Both the position numbers and the translations under genes were made by a program. This document shows positions 48,691-64,000 of a stretch of DNA of 64,000 nucleotides, piece by piece (within the stretch, counting starts at the first letter, position 1; every line of letters starts with the position of its first letter). The notes under the pieces were generated by a model. The model made no database searches and was not told the origin of the DNA. It saw only the letters and a list, made by a program, of their open reading frames with translations. Origin of the DNA: the human T2T-CHM13v2.0 reference genome, Homo sapiens. The stretch is from the NCBI RefSeq assembly GCF_009914755.1, contig NC_060947.1, one strand, 5' to 3'.

Positions 48691-49597
48691 AGTTTCTGAA
48701 TTTTCTGTAAATGAAAAACACACTTTTTTATATCCAGTTTTTTCACTCAATGTTATGTCTGTGAAATTGTTCATATTGTTTTGCTCCCTTCCTAACCCAA
48801 AATTATCTGGATTATTTATTCTCTCTGTCTAGTTTCCTATTGCCATGATGCACATAAGAAAAAATACCTCGTAGTAATATAAACTAACCAATACATACAG
48901 AAGATGATATGTGAACAACATATACATTGGATAAAAAGAATATGGGGGTGGGGAGGTTTCAGTGACATTATTAGACACTGAAGATGATGTGTTATTTTCA
49001 TATGGATTTTGAAAAATGTATCACTGATGTCTCTAGAGTCATTCTGTGTTCAAGTGATTGGGGGAACCTACTTTAGAAAATGACTGAGTTGTTTCCATGT
49101 CCCCTGTTGCTTTGAATAAACAGACTGTAATTGTAAATTTTAACTGGCAAAAAGAGTAGTGGCCATGGTAGCGAAGGGATTTTATGATCCATTTTTATTA
49201 TGCATCTTCATTACACCGGAAGGCAATAATCACTCTTGGCATTTAGAGTCTTTTGTATTTTTGAAGTACTTAACAGTCATTTATTGTTTTATCTTATTTT
49301 CATCTTAAATGGGATAGGTTGGTTAGCATAACAGGGTCACAGAAGGACAATAAAAGATTAGAAACTTGTAACGTTAGACAGTTGTACTGAGGGAGAACAA
49401 AGTTCCTGGCTTTCACATTATTTAGGCAAAAAGAGAAAAGAAGAAAGAAGAAAACACATCATAGGTCTTCAGTAAGAAGCACTGTTTCCTTTTTATTTTC
49501 CACTAGTTTAGACGACAAGAGTGTGATTTCTTTGTTTGTTGTTTTTTGTCTTTTTTTATTCTTTATTTTATTTTATTTAAATTTATTATTTTCTTAA

Positions 49598-49905
<308 letters not shown>

Positions 49906-50859
49906 TGAATTTCACTTTTAATACAGCTCTGGAGTGGGGTGGGGGTATGAAAGAAAGACGGACACCTCAACACTTTTATTTGTAGGAAAGTGATTAGAAT
50001 AAGCCAAGAACTGAGCCAGGGATGGGGCCTCTCACCACATGTGCCAATGGTAGTAGTTAACAAAAGCTAACATTTATTGAACACTGAGCTAGGTACTGTG
50101 CTACAGTACTCTCTATTCATTATTACATTTCATACTCACAACAAAGCTATGAGTAGGAGCTGCTAGTACTGCTTGCCAGATGATTCGCTTACTTCTTAAT
50201 GGTAATACATTGCATAACAATGAAGGTGACCTGGAAATCCATGAACTCCTTGGTTCCCTGGAAGAAATGGTGAACTCCAGTTGAAAAATTCTGGAGGAAT
50301 AAATCAATAATGGTGAATATGTAGCACCTATGACCTAGGCTCCAAACACTCAACAAAGCCCCATGAAAAGGGCTTGTTTCTCTTGAATCTTGAAGACAGG
50401 ATTCCCATGGTCTATCTTCCAGACCCTAAATAGGTCCCATCTTTACAGGCCACAGAGTTGTTACCAGTGGAGCAGCCTTGAGAGAAGAAGGCTGTGTTTA
50501 ATCATTAGCTTAAGGTGAGGGCAGAGCCCCTGCTTAGTAGATATAGCCCAATAAAGCAATCAATAGCAGGTCAAGAGCACCTCCCAAGTAGGGTCTGAAG
50601 AGAGGCACCAACTACAAAGATGGTTTCAAGTTTCACCAAAAAGTAGAAATGGGCAGAGAAGGCATTCACCAAGCAGTGACTTTTGAAGCCATCCAAGACA
50701 TGTTTCCTGGGCTCAAGGGGAGAATATTGCCATGAAAATTATTACTGGGACAGTGCTCCTAGACCAAACCCTGGTCAGTAGAAAGCAATGAAAATGATCT
50801 CATGGGATCCCCATCACTCAGGTCCTGGGAGTGTCTGGTAGTCACAGGGAGCATTAGGG

Positions 50860-51140
50860 CTGATTGTTGAGACACTGGTGAACTTTGAACCTCTGTGATT
50901 TCCCTGTTTGCTCTGTGCCTGATAGCTTTCAGTCTGCTAACAAATCTCCTTTATGCAGTTTAACCTCTGTACTTCCAATGGGGAGGAATTGGAATCAGCC
51001 TATGGGAGAAGAGATAGCTCTAGGATTCTGTGTGGGAACTTGAAGAGATAAAAGGGCATCCTTGAAAGAGAACCTCGTGCTTTGCATCTCAACTGCCTCT
51101 GACACAAGGTTGGGTCATTAACCATATTTATTTACCCCTT
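50860..51140. promoter_or_regulatory. OTC liver enhancer (~9.4 kb upstream)
   Basis: DR1 TGAACTTTGAACC 50879-50891; TGTTTGC 50905-50911 containing G at c.-9384 (recalled pathogenic position); TTATGCAG C/EBP-like; a second DR1-like TTAACCTCTGTAC ~50960; FOX-like TATTTAC ~51130. Confidence 0.8.
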
Positions 51141-51650
51141 TCTTACTTCATAAATTGTGTTGTGCATTTCCTAATCTTGTCTTCTGTGCAGAAATTTACC
51201 AGATCACAAAATAAAAAGAACCAGGTATGGAAACTTGAGACTTTTGTCCATATCTAAGCTCAAAAAATTCTGGATTCTGCTTAAAATCAATAACTTCCAG
51301 GGCAAATGATTAACAGAATAATGATTTCAATGGAAATGTGGTCTATATGACAAGAGAGAAGCGAGATTATACTTGAATTTGATGATTGGCATTTCACACT
51401 CTGTTCAGAATTTTAGCCTTTATGAAGGACCCTGTCTACCTTCTTCAAATGCCTCAATTGAAAGGGTATGGCAGGAAAAGGGATGGAGAGGGGGTCAGAG
51501 ATAATCCTCACTGATTTCACAATTTCCCCTAGGGCCCACCTGTTTGAATAAATACCTAGTGGTGATGTAGCAAGAAAACACCCCTGAATCAATATTTTTA
51601 GACAAACTACCATTACCATTACCATCTGTTAATTAGAAAGTAACTCTCAG

Positions 51651-51780
51651 ATCGCTTGAACCCAGGAGGCAGAGGTTGCCATGAGCCGAGGTTGTGCCAC
51701 TGCATTCCAGCCTGGGTGACAGAGCGAGACTCTGTCTCAAACAAACAAACAAACAAAAAACATAAAAAATAAAAAATAAA
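51651..51780 (+). mobile_element. Severely 5'-truncated Alu
   Basis: Only the 3' part of the right arm; TSD aaagtaactctcaga / aaagtaattctcaga. Confidence 0.85.
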
Positions 51781-51821
51781 GTAATTCTCAGATTCTCTGT
51801 AAATCAGGAGCTCTTTTGGTG

Positions 51822-51871
<50 letters not shown>
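51822..51871. repeat. (TA)n(CA)n compound microsatellite
   Basis: atatatatatat acacacac... (~19 CA units). Confidence 0.95.
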
Positions 51872-51874
<3 letters not shown>

Positions 51875-52119
51875 GAGAGAAAAAAAGGAGCCAGCTAATG
51901 GGTGATTTCCTTTACTATAATAATTCTAATTTATTTCTTATTGCCAGTTTCCACACAGGTCCAAGCCGCAAAACAATACCGTCTCACAACAGAGCAGAGC
52001 TTTACAGCTTATAAAACATTCTGGGAATATTAGAATATTAACACATGAAGATTTTTGGGTCCTTCAGCACGTTAGATATGACCTGGGACATAGAGGACTC
52101 TTAAGAAAAGAGAAATTGG

Positions 52120-54560
<2,441 letters not shown>

Positions 54561-56082
54561 TAAAACATATCAAGTACATTCATTTAACAAAAGAAAAATT
54601 GTAAGAGAGTATTGATTTCCATTTGCAGATAAGGAAACTGACTTCCCCAAGGTTATTCAACCAATAAATAGGTTCTGAACTAGAATCCACTTCTAGAATA
54701 TTATTTTTTTCCTGTTGTTATATAAGAAACAAACCTTCAAACACCTAAGCCAAATTGTGTATTAGTTAGCATGCATTTGATTGCAAGTAATGAAAACCCC
54801 AATCCAGAGGGATTGTTCTTCTATGAGGACATTTGCTATTTCACATAATGAAGTGGCAAGTGGTAGGGAGACTCATGAGGCTGGTTGATTTTGCAACTCA
54901 GTGATGTCCTAAATGACTAAGATTCCTTCCTTCTTCCACTCAGCCAACCACAGCTTCCTTATAAGGCTACTTCCTCTCATTGTCACAGGGTGGCTACTGG
55001 TCTCAGACAAAGATACAAGCTTCTTTGTCCATATCCAGTGGAAAATAGCTCACCAGCAACAGTCCCACAGAACTCGGAAGACTTAACTAGTGTGTACTGC
55101 ATGCAAATGCTGCGGCTTCTTAGGATCTTAAAGATTCTAGGCAACCAGCTATAAAAATTATTTATGTAACTAGTAACACTCTGAAACAAATCAGAGCTTC
55201 GCACTGCAGTAATCGCCATCTGTCTTGTTTGTATGGATCTCAAATTTGCAGTATTTTTTTGATAATAGCTATCTATGCCCGGGCTCTTAGACACTATACC
55301 TCATGTTTGATTAGCATGTTAAAATTTCCACAGCACCATAATAACTCATTTTATTTAGTTGGACAGGTGAGGACTCTGAGGGTACCGAATGACTTAGCCA
55401 AATTCACCAGGAGTGAGTGACTGAGCCAGAGGTCACATTTGATCTTCAAACATCATTCTCATCATTCTTTCCTTTATATCACATTGATTCCCTCTTCAAT
55501 GCTTGGATTTCACTAGGGAAGCACACTGGCAATTTCAAAGAAATATTTCAAGTTTATACAGATACTTAAAAGCTCAAAATGTCAGAGAACTAACATTCTT
55601 TATATCCCCAATAGCAACATTTGGCTATTTGGAATTTTATTCTCAGTAATAGGATAAATGTGAAATCCTAGCATCTCATTAACTTCTTCGTCTCCCTTCT
55701 TTCAACATCCAATCAATTTTCATGATAGGCGAATTCTAATTTCTAAATCGCTCTTGCATCCATCTCCTGTTTTCTATTTCCACAGCCCTAATATGTATTC
55801 AGGCCTCATATTTGTCACACAATAACCTCTTTGTCTCTTTGCCTCTATTTTCTTCACATTGTACTTCTCACACAATGGCCCCAGGTTAATGGTTTCAAAA
55901 CCCAATGCAAATAATGACATATGTCTTCTTGTCTGCCCCAGCTCCAAAACTTTAATAATCTTCCTTTGACTACCGATTAAATTCTCAACTCTATAATCTG
56001 GCTTTCAAGGCCCTCAGCAATCTGGCTTCAATATTTCTTTCCAAACCTTGAGAAAATCCTCCTTTCTGGGTGGGAGTAGTAG

Positions 56083-56357
<275 letters not shown>

Positions 56358-56919
56358 CTAAGAACTATTTTTATACCTCTCTTCATCTCTGTGTTCAGTG
56401 ATGTCACATTAGTAGCTTGAAATTGGCTGTGATGGGAATATTTACACCTTACAAGTCAGACTGCTACAATTCAGAGCTTTTGTTTTGAAGAGCTAGTTAT
56501 TAAACATTTACCAGCATACCACTATTTACAGAATAACTGGGACTAAACTTGAGAGTGAGGGTGCAATATGGTATTGGGGACCAAGTTGTTGACACAGAAA
56601 GCTCAGGTACCAACTCAAAGATAGGAGGGCCAGGGGGAAAAGAAGAAGAAGCTGTGTTGCAAAACTGTTGAGAAGGTAGATCTGGGCAAAAGTTGAGTTT
56701 CCATAGAAGCAGACATCGAGAAAGGGGTTTGGGTTCAAGTAGTTGATTTGGGAGGTAGTCCCAGGAAGCACTGGCAGGGTAGTGAGGGAAATGAGACAGG
56801 GAAGGGAAGGTGGCTAATACAGGGTAGATTGATGAGCAGGTTATTACTGTGGGCAATTGAGGTTCAATTCCACTGGGGACCTTTTGGGGAGCATGTAGAA
56901 TGTGCTTCATAGTTGCCAC

Positions 56920-57305
56920 TGCTATGGTTTGAATGTCAACTGAAAAGCTTATGTTGAAATTTAAGTGGCATTGTGATGGTAGTAAGAGGTGGGACTGTTA
57001 AGAGATGTTTAGAACATGAAGGCTCTGTCCTCATGAATAGATTAATGTGGTTATCACAGGAGTGGGTTTGTTATCAAGAGAATAGGTTGTTATAAAAGCA
57101 AGTTCAATCCTCTCTGTCTCTCACTCTCACCCTCTCTTGCCCTTTACCTTCTGCCATGGAATGGCAATGCACAAAGGTCCTCTGCAGATGCCGGAACCAT
57201 TCTGTTGGACTTCCCAGCTCCAGAACTGTAAGCCAAATCAACTTTTCTTTATAAATTACCCAGTCTGTGGTATTCTGTTACAGCAACACAAAATGGACAA
57301 AGCCA
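56920..57305 (+). mobile_element. MST-family MaLR LTR, preceded by an older LTR fragment (~56690-56915)
   Basis: tgctatggtttgaatgtc...aaattacccagtctgtggtattctgttacagcaacacaaaatggac. Confidence 0.8.
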
Positions 57306-59303
57306 CCCACACAAAGAGTGAGGAATATGAGAAGTTTATCCTCAAGAAGACAGCAGTGGGTATTTGCATTAAGAAGTGGCAGGTATGTAGGGGAAGACCG
57401 AATGCCAAGGGGATATAAACAAGACACAGATACTCGTAGTTTTTTGTTTTCATAGCGTGCTTGGTGGTGGTGGGGCTTCATTTCAATGGCCAATGATGGA
57501 ATGTATTTTTCCAGTTATATATCATTTGTTTTTACCCTACACACTCTATTTGTTCCTTCCTTTAGGTCTACTCACAGGTTCCTTTTTTTGCTACAATATC
57601 CTTTGTAGCTCCCTCCAGTTTTGACTATTTTCTGATTCTTGCAATTCATCAAAAATCAGTGCCACCTTTTTCAGGAACCCCATCTAATCCCCACCCCCTG
57701 ATGATAGAAGTTAGGAGAGGGTCACGTCAAGCTGGAGGTCTCCTGTGGCTTGAAGCAAGGGAGCAGGTAACAAGCCCCTCCACCTGGTTAAGATGTTTGG
57801 GGTCAGAGAGCAGAGACAGAAATTGTATTCTGGAGTCATTCCAAATGGTGAATATTGGAAGGAACTCATCATTCCTGTTTTATCACTCTGTCTCTCAGAA
57901 CCCACACAGCACAGAGGATTGGCTTATGATGGCTGCACAATTGTTGATGGTGGCAGAGAAAAATGGATGAATGAAAGGCTAGGTGAACAAAGAGAACTAG
58001 ATAGGTAGTGAAACAAGAAAGTTAAAATTGAATTAGAGGAATCATGGGGTCAACAAGAGCCCCTGGATGAATTCTGAGGATGAACATCAAAGCCTGTAAA
58101 GTAAAACAGACTCCACATGTGACATAATCAGCAGAAGCTGGGTAGTTGAAATCTACCCCTCAACAAGTTCATTGAGATGCCCTGCCTTTTGAGATTCAGT
58201 GAAATTGCTTTTAACTTCATCCCACTTGTGATGCAGCTCCCCTTTTCCAATCCCTCTGGGAGTTATTGGTATCTTAACTTTTTTTTAGTTCCCTCTGGCT
58301 TTGAGCTCCTGCATCTGTAGCATTAGGAGGGTTTGTGAGTTGCTTTGGCATCTCAGAAATGCTGCCTGTACTCTCTAGCATGGAACTGCAGACACTTCTT
58401 GATTTCTCCCCAAGCATTACCAATATGAGTTGTGTGTATGGCTAGCACAGTTCAGTGAAGATATGGGGTCAAGCTATGGGCTTTATATTAGCCTGTGGTT
58501 TGGCCTCATCTCCCTCAGGCTCCATGCAAACGTTCAATTTCACTCCTGTATTATGTGGAGCGCTTTTGCTCTCTGAAACCTATTCAATAACTGGCCTTGT
58601 TTGCCTCTTCAAAGATGCTTTATTATGTTTTTTAAATTCACTCTCTCCCTTCTCACCTCTGTACCTTTGCAAGCAGTTGCTTCTGCCTGGAATATCCTTT
58701 CCAGAATGGAAGATTTGGTAGAGGTTGGGAAATGTCAGTCTTTCCCCTCACTTTATCTCACATCATTCTCTGTAAGTAGAAGGAAATGGTGACAATATTT
58801 ATTTCTCTACTAGTATTAATTATGACATCACAAACATCTCGGCTCCTGAGGTGGCCATAGTTGGTCTTTAAATAACACTTTTTGGTATTCCACAAACTTC
58901 TGGAAAATATTTACTTGGGTTTGCTAAAGTCATATAAATTGACCAGAAGAGGCAGCCCTACCCCTGCCCCTCCTCTCCTTCCTCCTACCCTTCCTACCTT
59001 AGAGGGCTCCCGCTTCTTCGAAGCCAGACAACTTTGTCTGGACCTCTCCTATGGGCTTGTATTATGGATATTTGTTTATAAATCATACCACCTTTACTGA
59101 ACTGTGAACTCTGCAAAGATGATGTCATCTTCCCTCTCTGAAACTTCAGTGCAGCTCGGTATCTGATACAGAATTGACTTTGAATCACCTGATTTCTAAC
59201 TGAGGATAAATGAATAAATGTGAAGTTGCAGATGGCCCCTTAGTGATCTGAATAGGCTGCTAGGGGAAGAGCATATGGTATCCCCACTTCCCACTTGTAC
59301 TGA

Positions 59304-59819
<516 letters not shown>

Positions 59820-59879
59820 TGAAATAAATGGAAATAGTACTACTCAGGACTGTCACATCTACATCTGTGTTTTTGCAGT

Positions 59880-60289
59880 GCCAATTTGCATTTTCTGAGT
59901 GAGTTACTTCTACTCACCTTCACAGCAGCCGGTACCGCAGTGCCTTGCATATATTATATCCTCAATGAGTACTTGTCAATTGATTTTGTACATGCGTGTG
60001 ACAGTATAAATATATTATGAAAAATGAGGAGGCCAGGCAATAAAAGAGTCAGGATTTCTTCCAAAAAAAATACACAGCGGTGGAGCTTGGCATAAAGTTC
60101 AAATGCTCCTACACCCTGCCCTGCAGTATCTCTAACCAGGGGACTTTGATAAGGAAGCTGAAGGGTGATATTACCTTTGCTCCCTCACTGCAACTGAACA
60201 CATTTCTTAGTTTTTAGGTGGCCCCCGCTGGCTAACTTGCTGTGGAGTTTTCAAGGGCATAGAATCGTCCTTTACACAATTAAAAGAAG
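59880..60289 (+). promoter_or_regulatory. OTC proximal promoter / 5'UTR with HNF4 (DR1)-type sites
   Basis: GGCATA-A-AGTTCA 60089-60101; GGACTTTG ~60141-60148; TTACCTTTGCTCCC 60171-60184. The C's at c.-116, c.-115 and c.-106, which I recall as OTC-deficiency promoter variants, fall in this last site. Confidence 0.85.
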
Positions 60290-60366
60290 ATGCTGTTTAA
60301 TCTGAGGATCCTGTTAAACAATGCAGCTTTTAGAAATGGTCACAACTTCATGGTTCGAAATTTTCG
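60290..60366 (+). CDS. OTC: OTC (ornithine transcarbamylase) exon 1 coding part, mitochondrial leader MLFNLRILLNNAAFRNGHNFMVRNF(R)
   Basis: AAG ATG CTG TTT AAT CTG AGG ... AAT TTT CG|GTAAGT; 77 nt, Arg-rich and acid-free presequence. Intron 1 runs to the end of the window. Confidence 0.98.
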
Positions 60367-63343
60367 GTAAGTGATGGTCAGAGACTTGGGTTTGATTTAG
60401 GAATCATGGTGATGCATAAAACTATATTCTGCAGTAAGGCCTCTTTCTGCAGAATGTAGTGCCACGCTCTGCTTTACTCTTATTTGAGACAGCTGCCTCT
60501 AATTCCAGCAAAGCTTTCATTTCTCAGTCCTTCTGTAATCAGATTTCACCGTGTGCTGTAGGGGAAGCCACCCATGGCAGGTATAACAGACTAAACGTTC
60601 TTGACATCTTTCGTTTGTGTACATTCTAAACGAGCAAGTGGCTGAAGGAAATTAGGGGAAGTAATTTACACAGGGCCTTCAGCTTATATTTGGGCTTGCT
60701 ATAAAACAATATATCACTCTAAGATGTTGAGACTAATCAGTTCTTTTGAAAAAACAGACTCCAAGTAGCAACTAATAAATACTGACAAAGCTGCTGCAAA
60801 GACGCCTTATATGTGATGGGGATAACGACATTTTTAAATAAAATACAAGTTTGAAAACCATCCCTGAAATTCTTGCTGGCATGTGCAAAGCAGGCTGTCT
60901 CCAATGAATTCATTATAAAAGTTTACATCCTGCTTACAACCATTGTGCATGTGGTTGAAGATGGCATGGAGTGTGTCTGTGGGGAAGGGAAAGGGGAAGG
61001 GGAAGGGAACAGGGGAGATGAGTTAGCTGGGTAAACAAGGCCATCAGGTGGAGACATCACTACCAGAAAGCTTCTAGAACAGTTTCATGTTAATAATGAG
61101 ACAGAATTTCTTCAGAGCCTCTTTATAACCTAAAGCAACCTTCCCGACTTCCTTAAGGAAGAAGCTTTTGGTCTGAAGTTTTCTTTTATTATTAGTAAGT
61201 GGACCTGTGATAGTGGCCCTGGGCATCCCTTCTCTGGAGCAGCTGACAGTTCTAGGTTCTCTGGACTCCACCATTAGCACTACTTCTTTAGTGAATATAA
61301 GGCTCTCAGAAGTCAGAATGATACCGTAAATAATATTGTAAATTAAGCCCATAATATTAGACCTAGTTGAGACCTCAGAGCCATGAAATAATGCCTTCTC
61401 TTATTTTATTTTGGGAGGAAATGTGATTTTTATTTCTTAAACAGCTCAAATATTCAATTGAAATTGTTTCACTTCTCTTATTTCAAGTATAAGGTAAAAA
61501 AAGCCCAGAATGACTGTGGGGTTTACCAATTAGTGCCAGAGTTAGATCAGATAACAACCTGGAGAAAAGTTTAAAGAACTAGGTTCAAGGCCTAGCACCA
61601 CCCTTGCTGGCTATATGACCTTGAACAAGTCACTAAACTTTTCTGCAATGTTGTTTCACCTATAAAATGGAAAAAAGGATAATACCTGTTCTGCCTACAT
61701 TACAGGGTGGTTCAATCATTCCTTCAACAAATATTAATTGAACATCTACTTTGTGCCATGCCCTATCAAGGAGTTGGAGATACGGTGGTAAATAACGTAA
61801 AAATATACTTCACTCCAGCTACATGAATTCATAGTCTAGTGATAATCAGTGAGATAATGTATATGAAACCTAAAAAGTGACAGACCAATGTTCATTATTT
61901 ATTTTAGTATTCCATTACACTGAGTTACATCAGATAAAAATGTGATGAAATTTTATTCTATAGCTTTTAACAAGGAATCATCACTGAGTTGAAAACACCC
62001 AACTGAATGAATAATCAAAGCCTGGAACTTAAACTTATACTGTTCTTTGAAAACTACAATGATAATTGATTTTTAAAATAATTATTACGGATTAAATTTT
62101 GCAAGTAAAACCTCCTCCAAACAGTTGAACTTTTTTTTTTTGTATTTACTAATACACTACTGTCTATATCCAGTAGCCAGACTACATTTCTGAAAATCCT
62201 GGTGAGCTATTTCTCACAGTGAATGGGGGCTGGCACAAAAGTATGGCTAAATCGGCCCAAATCCAAACTTTCTATTTGAAAGTGTGAAAGCCTCGAGTCA
62301 CCCATGTTGTTAGAAACTCAATAGTGTGAATCTCTATTGAAAAATGAGATAATGTTGAAATGGTTTCGACATGCATTCTCACGTGGCATAGGTATTTTTC
62401 TTTCCTACTGTATTGGTTAGTTGCACTACCTGTCAGCTAGATAAATTCAGAATTTCTGGTCTCCAATAAGACTTACAACCTTTGACAAAGCCCTCAACAA
62501 CAGAGAAAAACTCCCTGTCAACTCTGCCTGTTCTATATTTTTGCTTTGATTTTCAGCCTTTCACAGGGATTCGAGTTATTTTTTTCTCCCACATCTCTTG
62601 GGAAAGGTGGAGGGCCCTTGTTATGTAACATACCACGTGAGTTTACTACTCCAGAATAATAGGAAATATGTGGTTAGAATTTGATGGTGCCACAAAATAG
62701 GAATCGCAGTTTTGAAGTGAGCGGTCATATCGCCATGGACATGATAAAATAATAGCTTAAGTGAGGCTGAAGCCATCCACACAGCCCCTGGATCAATCAC
62801 TTTTAGTCAGTTAAATTTTTTTTTAACAAGATCGATAGGATCAGAAACCAAGACTGCTGAAAACACCCAATTCACAGGCTTTCCATGTCATAAACAAGGC
62901 TCTAAAGCCTTGCTGTGTTTGGATAATAGAGAATATCCTATGATTTGTTGCCTATTAGGGAAACCACTTAAAGCTTTTTAAGAAACCACTAAAAAAAAAA
63001 TCTCTTTCTTTATCAGAAAAGACCAATTTGTAAGTGCAGTTCAATTTCATCTCACAAATAGAAATTTCTTCAGAGAATATTGAGCTAAGCTACTCAATTC
63101 TGTGGAGGTTATGGATTGGAGCCAGAGGTGACTAGTTTTCAGGTGTTTCATTCCAGACCTCTGTAAGGGCTCACATAACTCATTATGCTCCCTTCGTCTC
63201 TCACACATGCCCATCCATACACACGTGGACATCCAGACAACGTGATTATAAGACGTTCATGTTCTTGCATAGAGGAGAGAAACCAGTGCACTTTGATTAT
63301 TCACAATGTCGAAACTTAAAATGAATGCCTTTTAAAAACATCA

Positions 63344-63679
<336 letters not shown>

Positions 63680-64000
63680 TCAGAAAACCATACAAGAGAT
63701 GGGACCAAAAGTTGAATGGGGTCATGATGTTTTCCTTGGCCAACAGTGGAATTTGTTTCCTAGTTTATTTTTAGTAATTGAGTAACGTAACTTAGATAAA
63801 ATAAGCCACTGATTTTTGAGTTTCAGGTTTCCAGATCTTTAATAGTAGGTCTGCAGAAAGCTAGCCTTCATCTGAATTCTTCAATTTTCAGATGAGAAGT
63901 TTCACAATTTTAGAATATTAATGATCTAAGGTATCTTAGAAACTACTAGTCACTCAGTGCTCAATAATAATGTTGTAGAAAAAACTGAGTTCTTTTCACA

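Noticed and set aside
56500-56919. 139-aa minus-strand ORF
   Set aside because: Mostly within old LTR sequence; no protein family resemblance.

Overview
Primate, almost certainly human, Xp11.4 genomic DNA. The minus strand carries RPGR coding exons 1-11 (ATG at 34960). I spliced these by hand; all junctions are GT-AG and give [19 protein letters not shown]... through the RCC1-like propeller. The gene continues beyond position 1. An Alu-derived alternative exon 9a is also recoverable. RPGR starts in a CpG-island promoter (~34.8-35.4 kb) with ETS, GC-box, X-box-like and CTCF motifs. About 25 kb away on the plus strand is OTC exon 1 (ATG 60290, mitochondrial leader), with its HNF4-type promoter and a liver enhancer near 50.9 kb. 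The rest is introns and intergenic DNA rich in Alu, L1, L2, MIR, LTR and hAT elements, and most long ORFs in the track are Alu artefacts. The most unusual signals are three. (1) A fold-back LTR8 unit whose two ends are both the LTR 5' (U3) end, flanked by an exact 4-bp TSD. (2) Four short direct duplications, each spaced 1.84-1.97 kb, two of which bracket RPGR exons. (3) Splice signals that could link the RPGR CpG promoter to OTC exon 1. Repeat subfamily names and literature knowledge are from memory, not from a database search.
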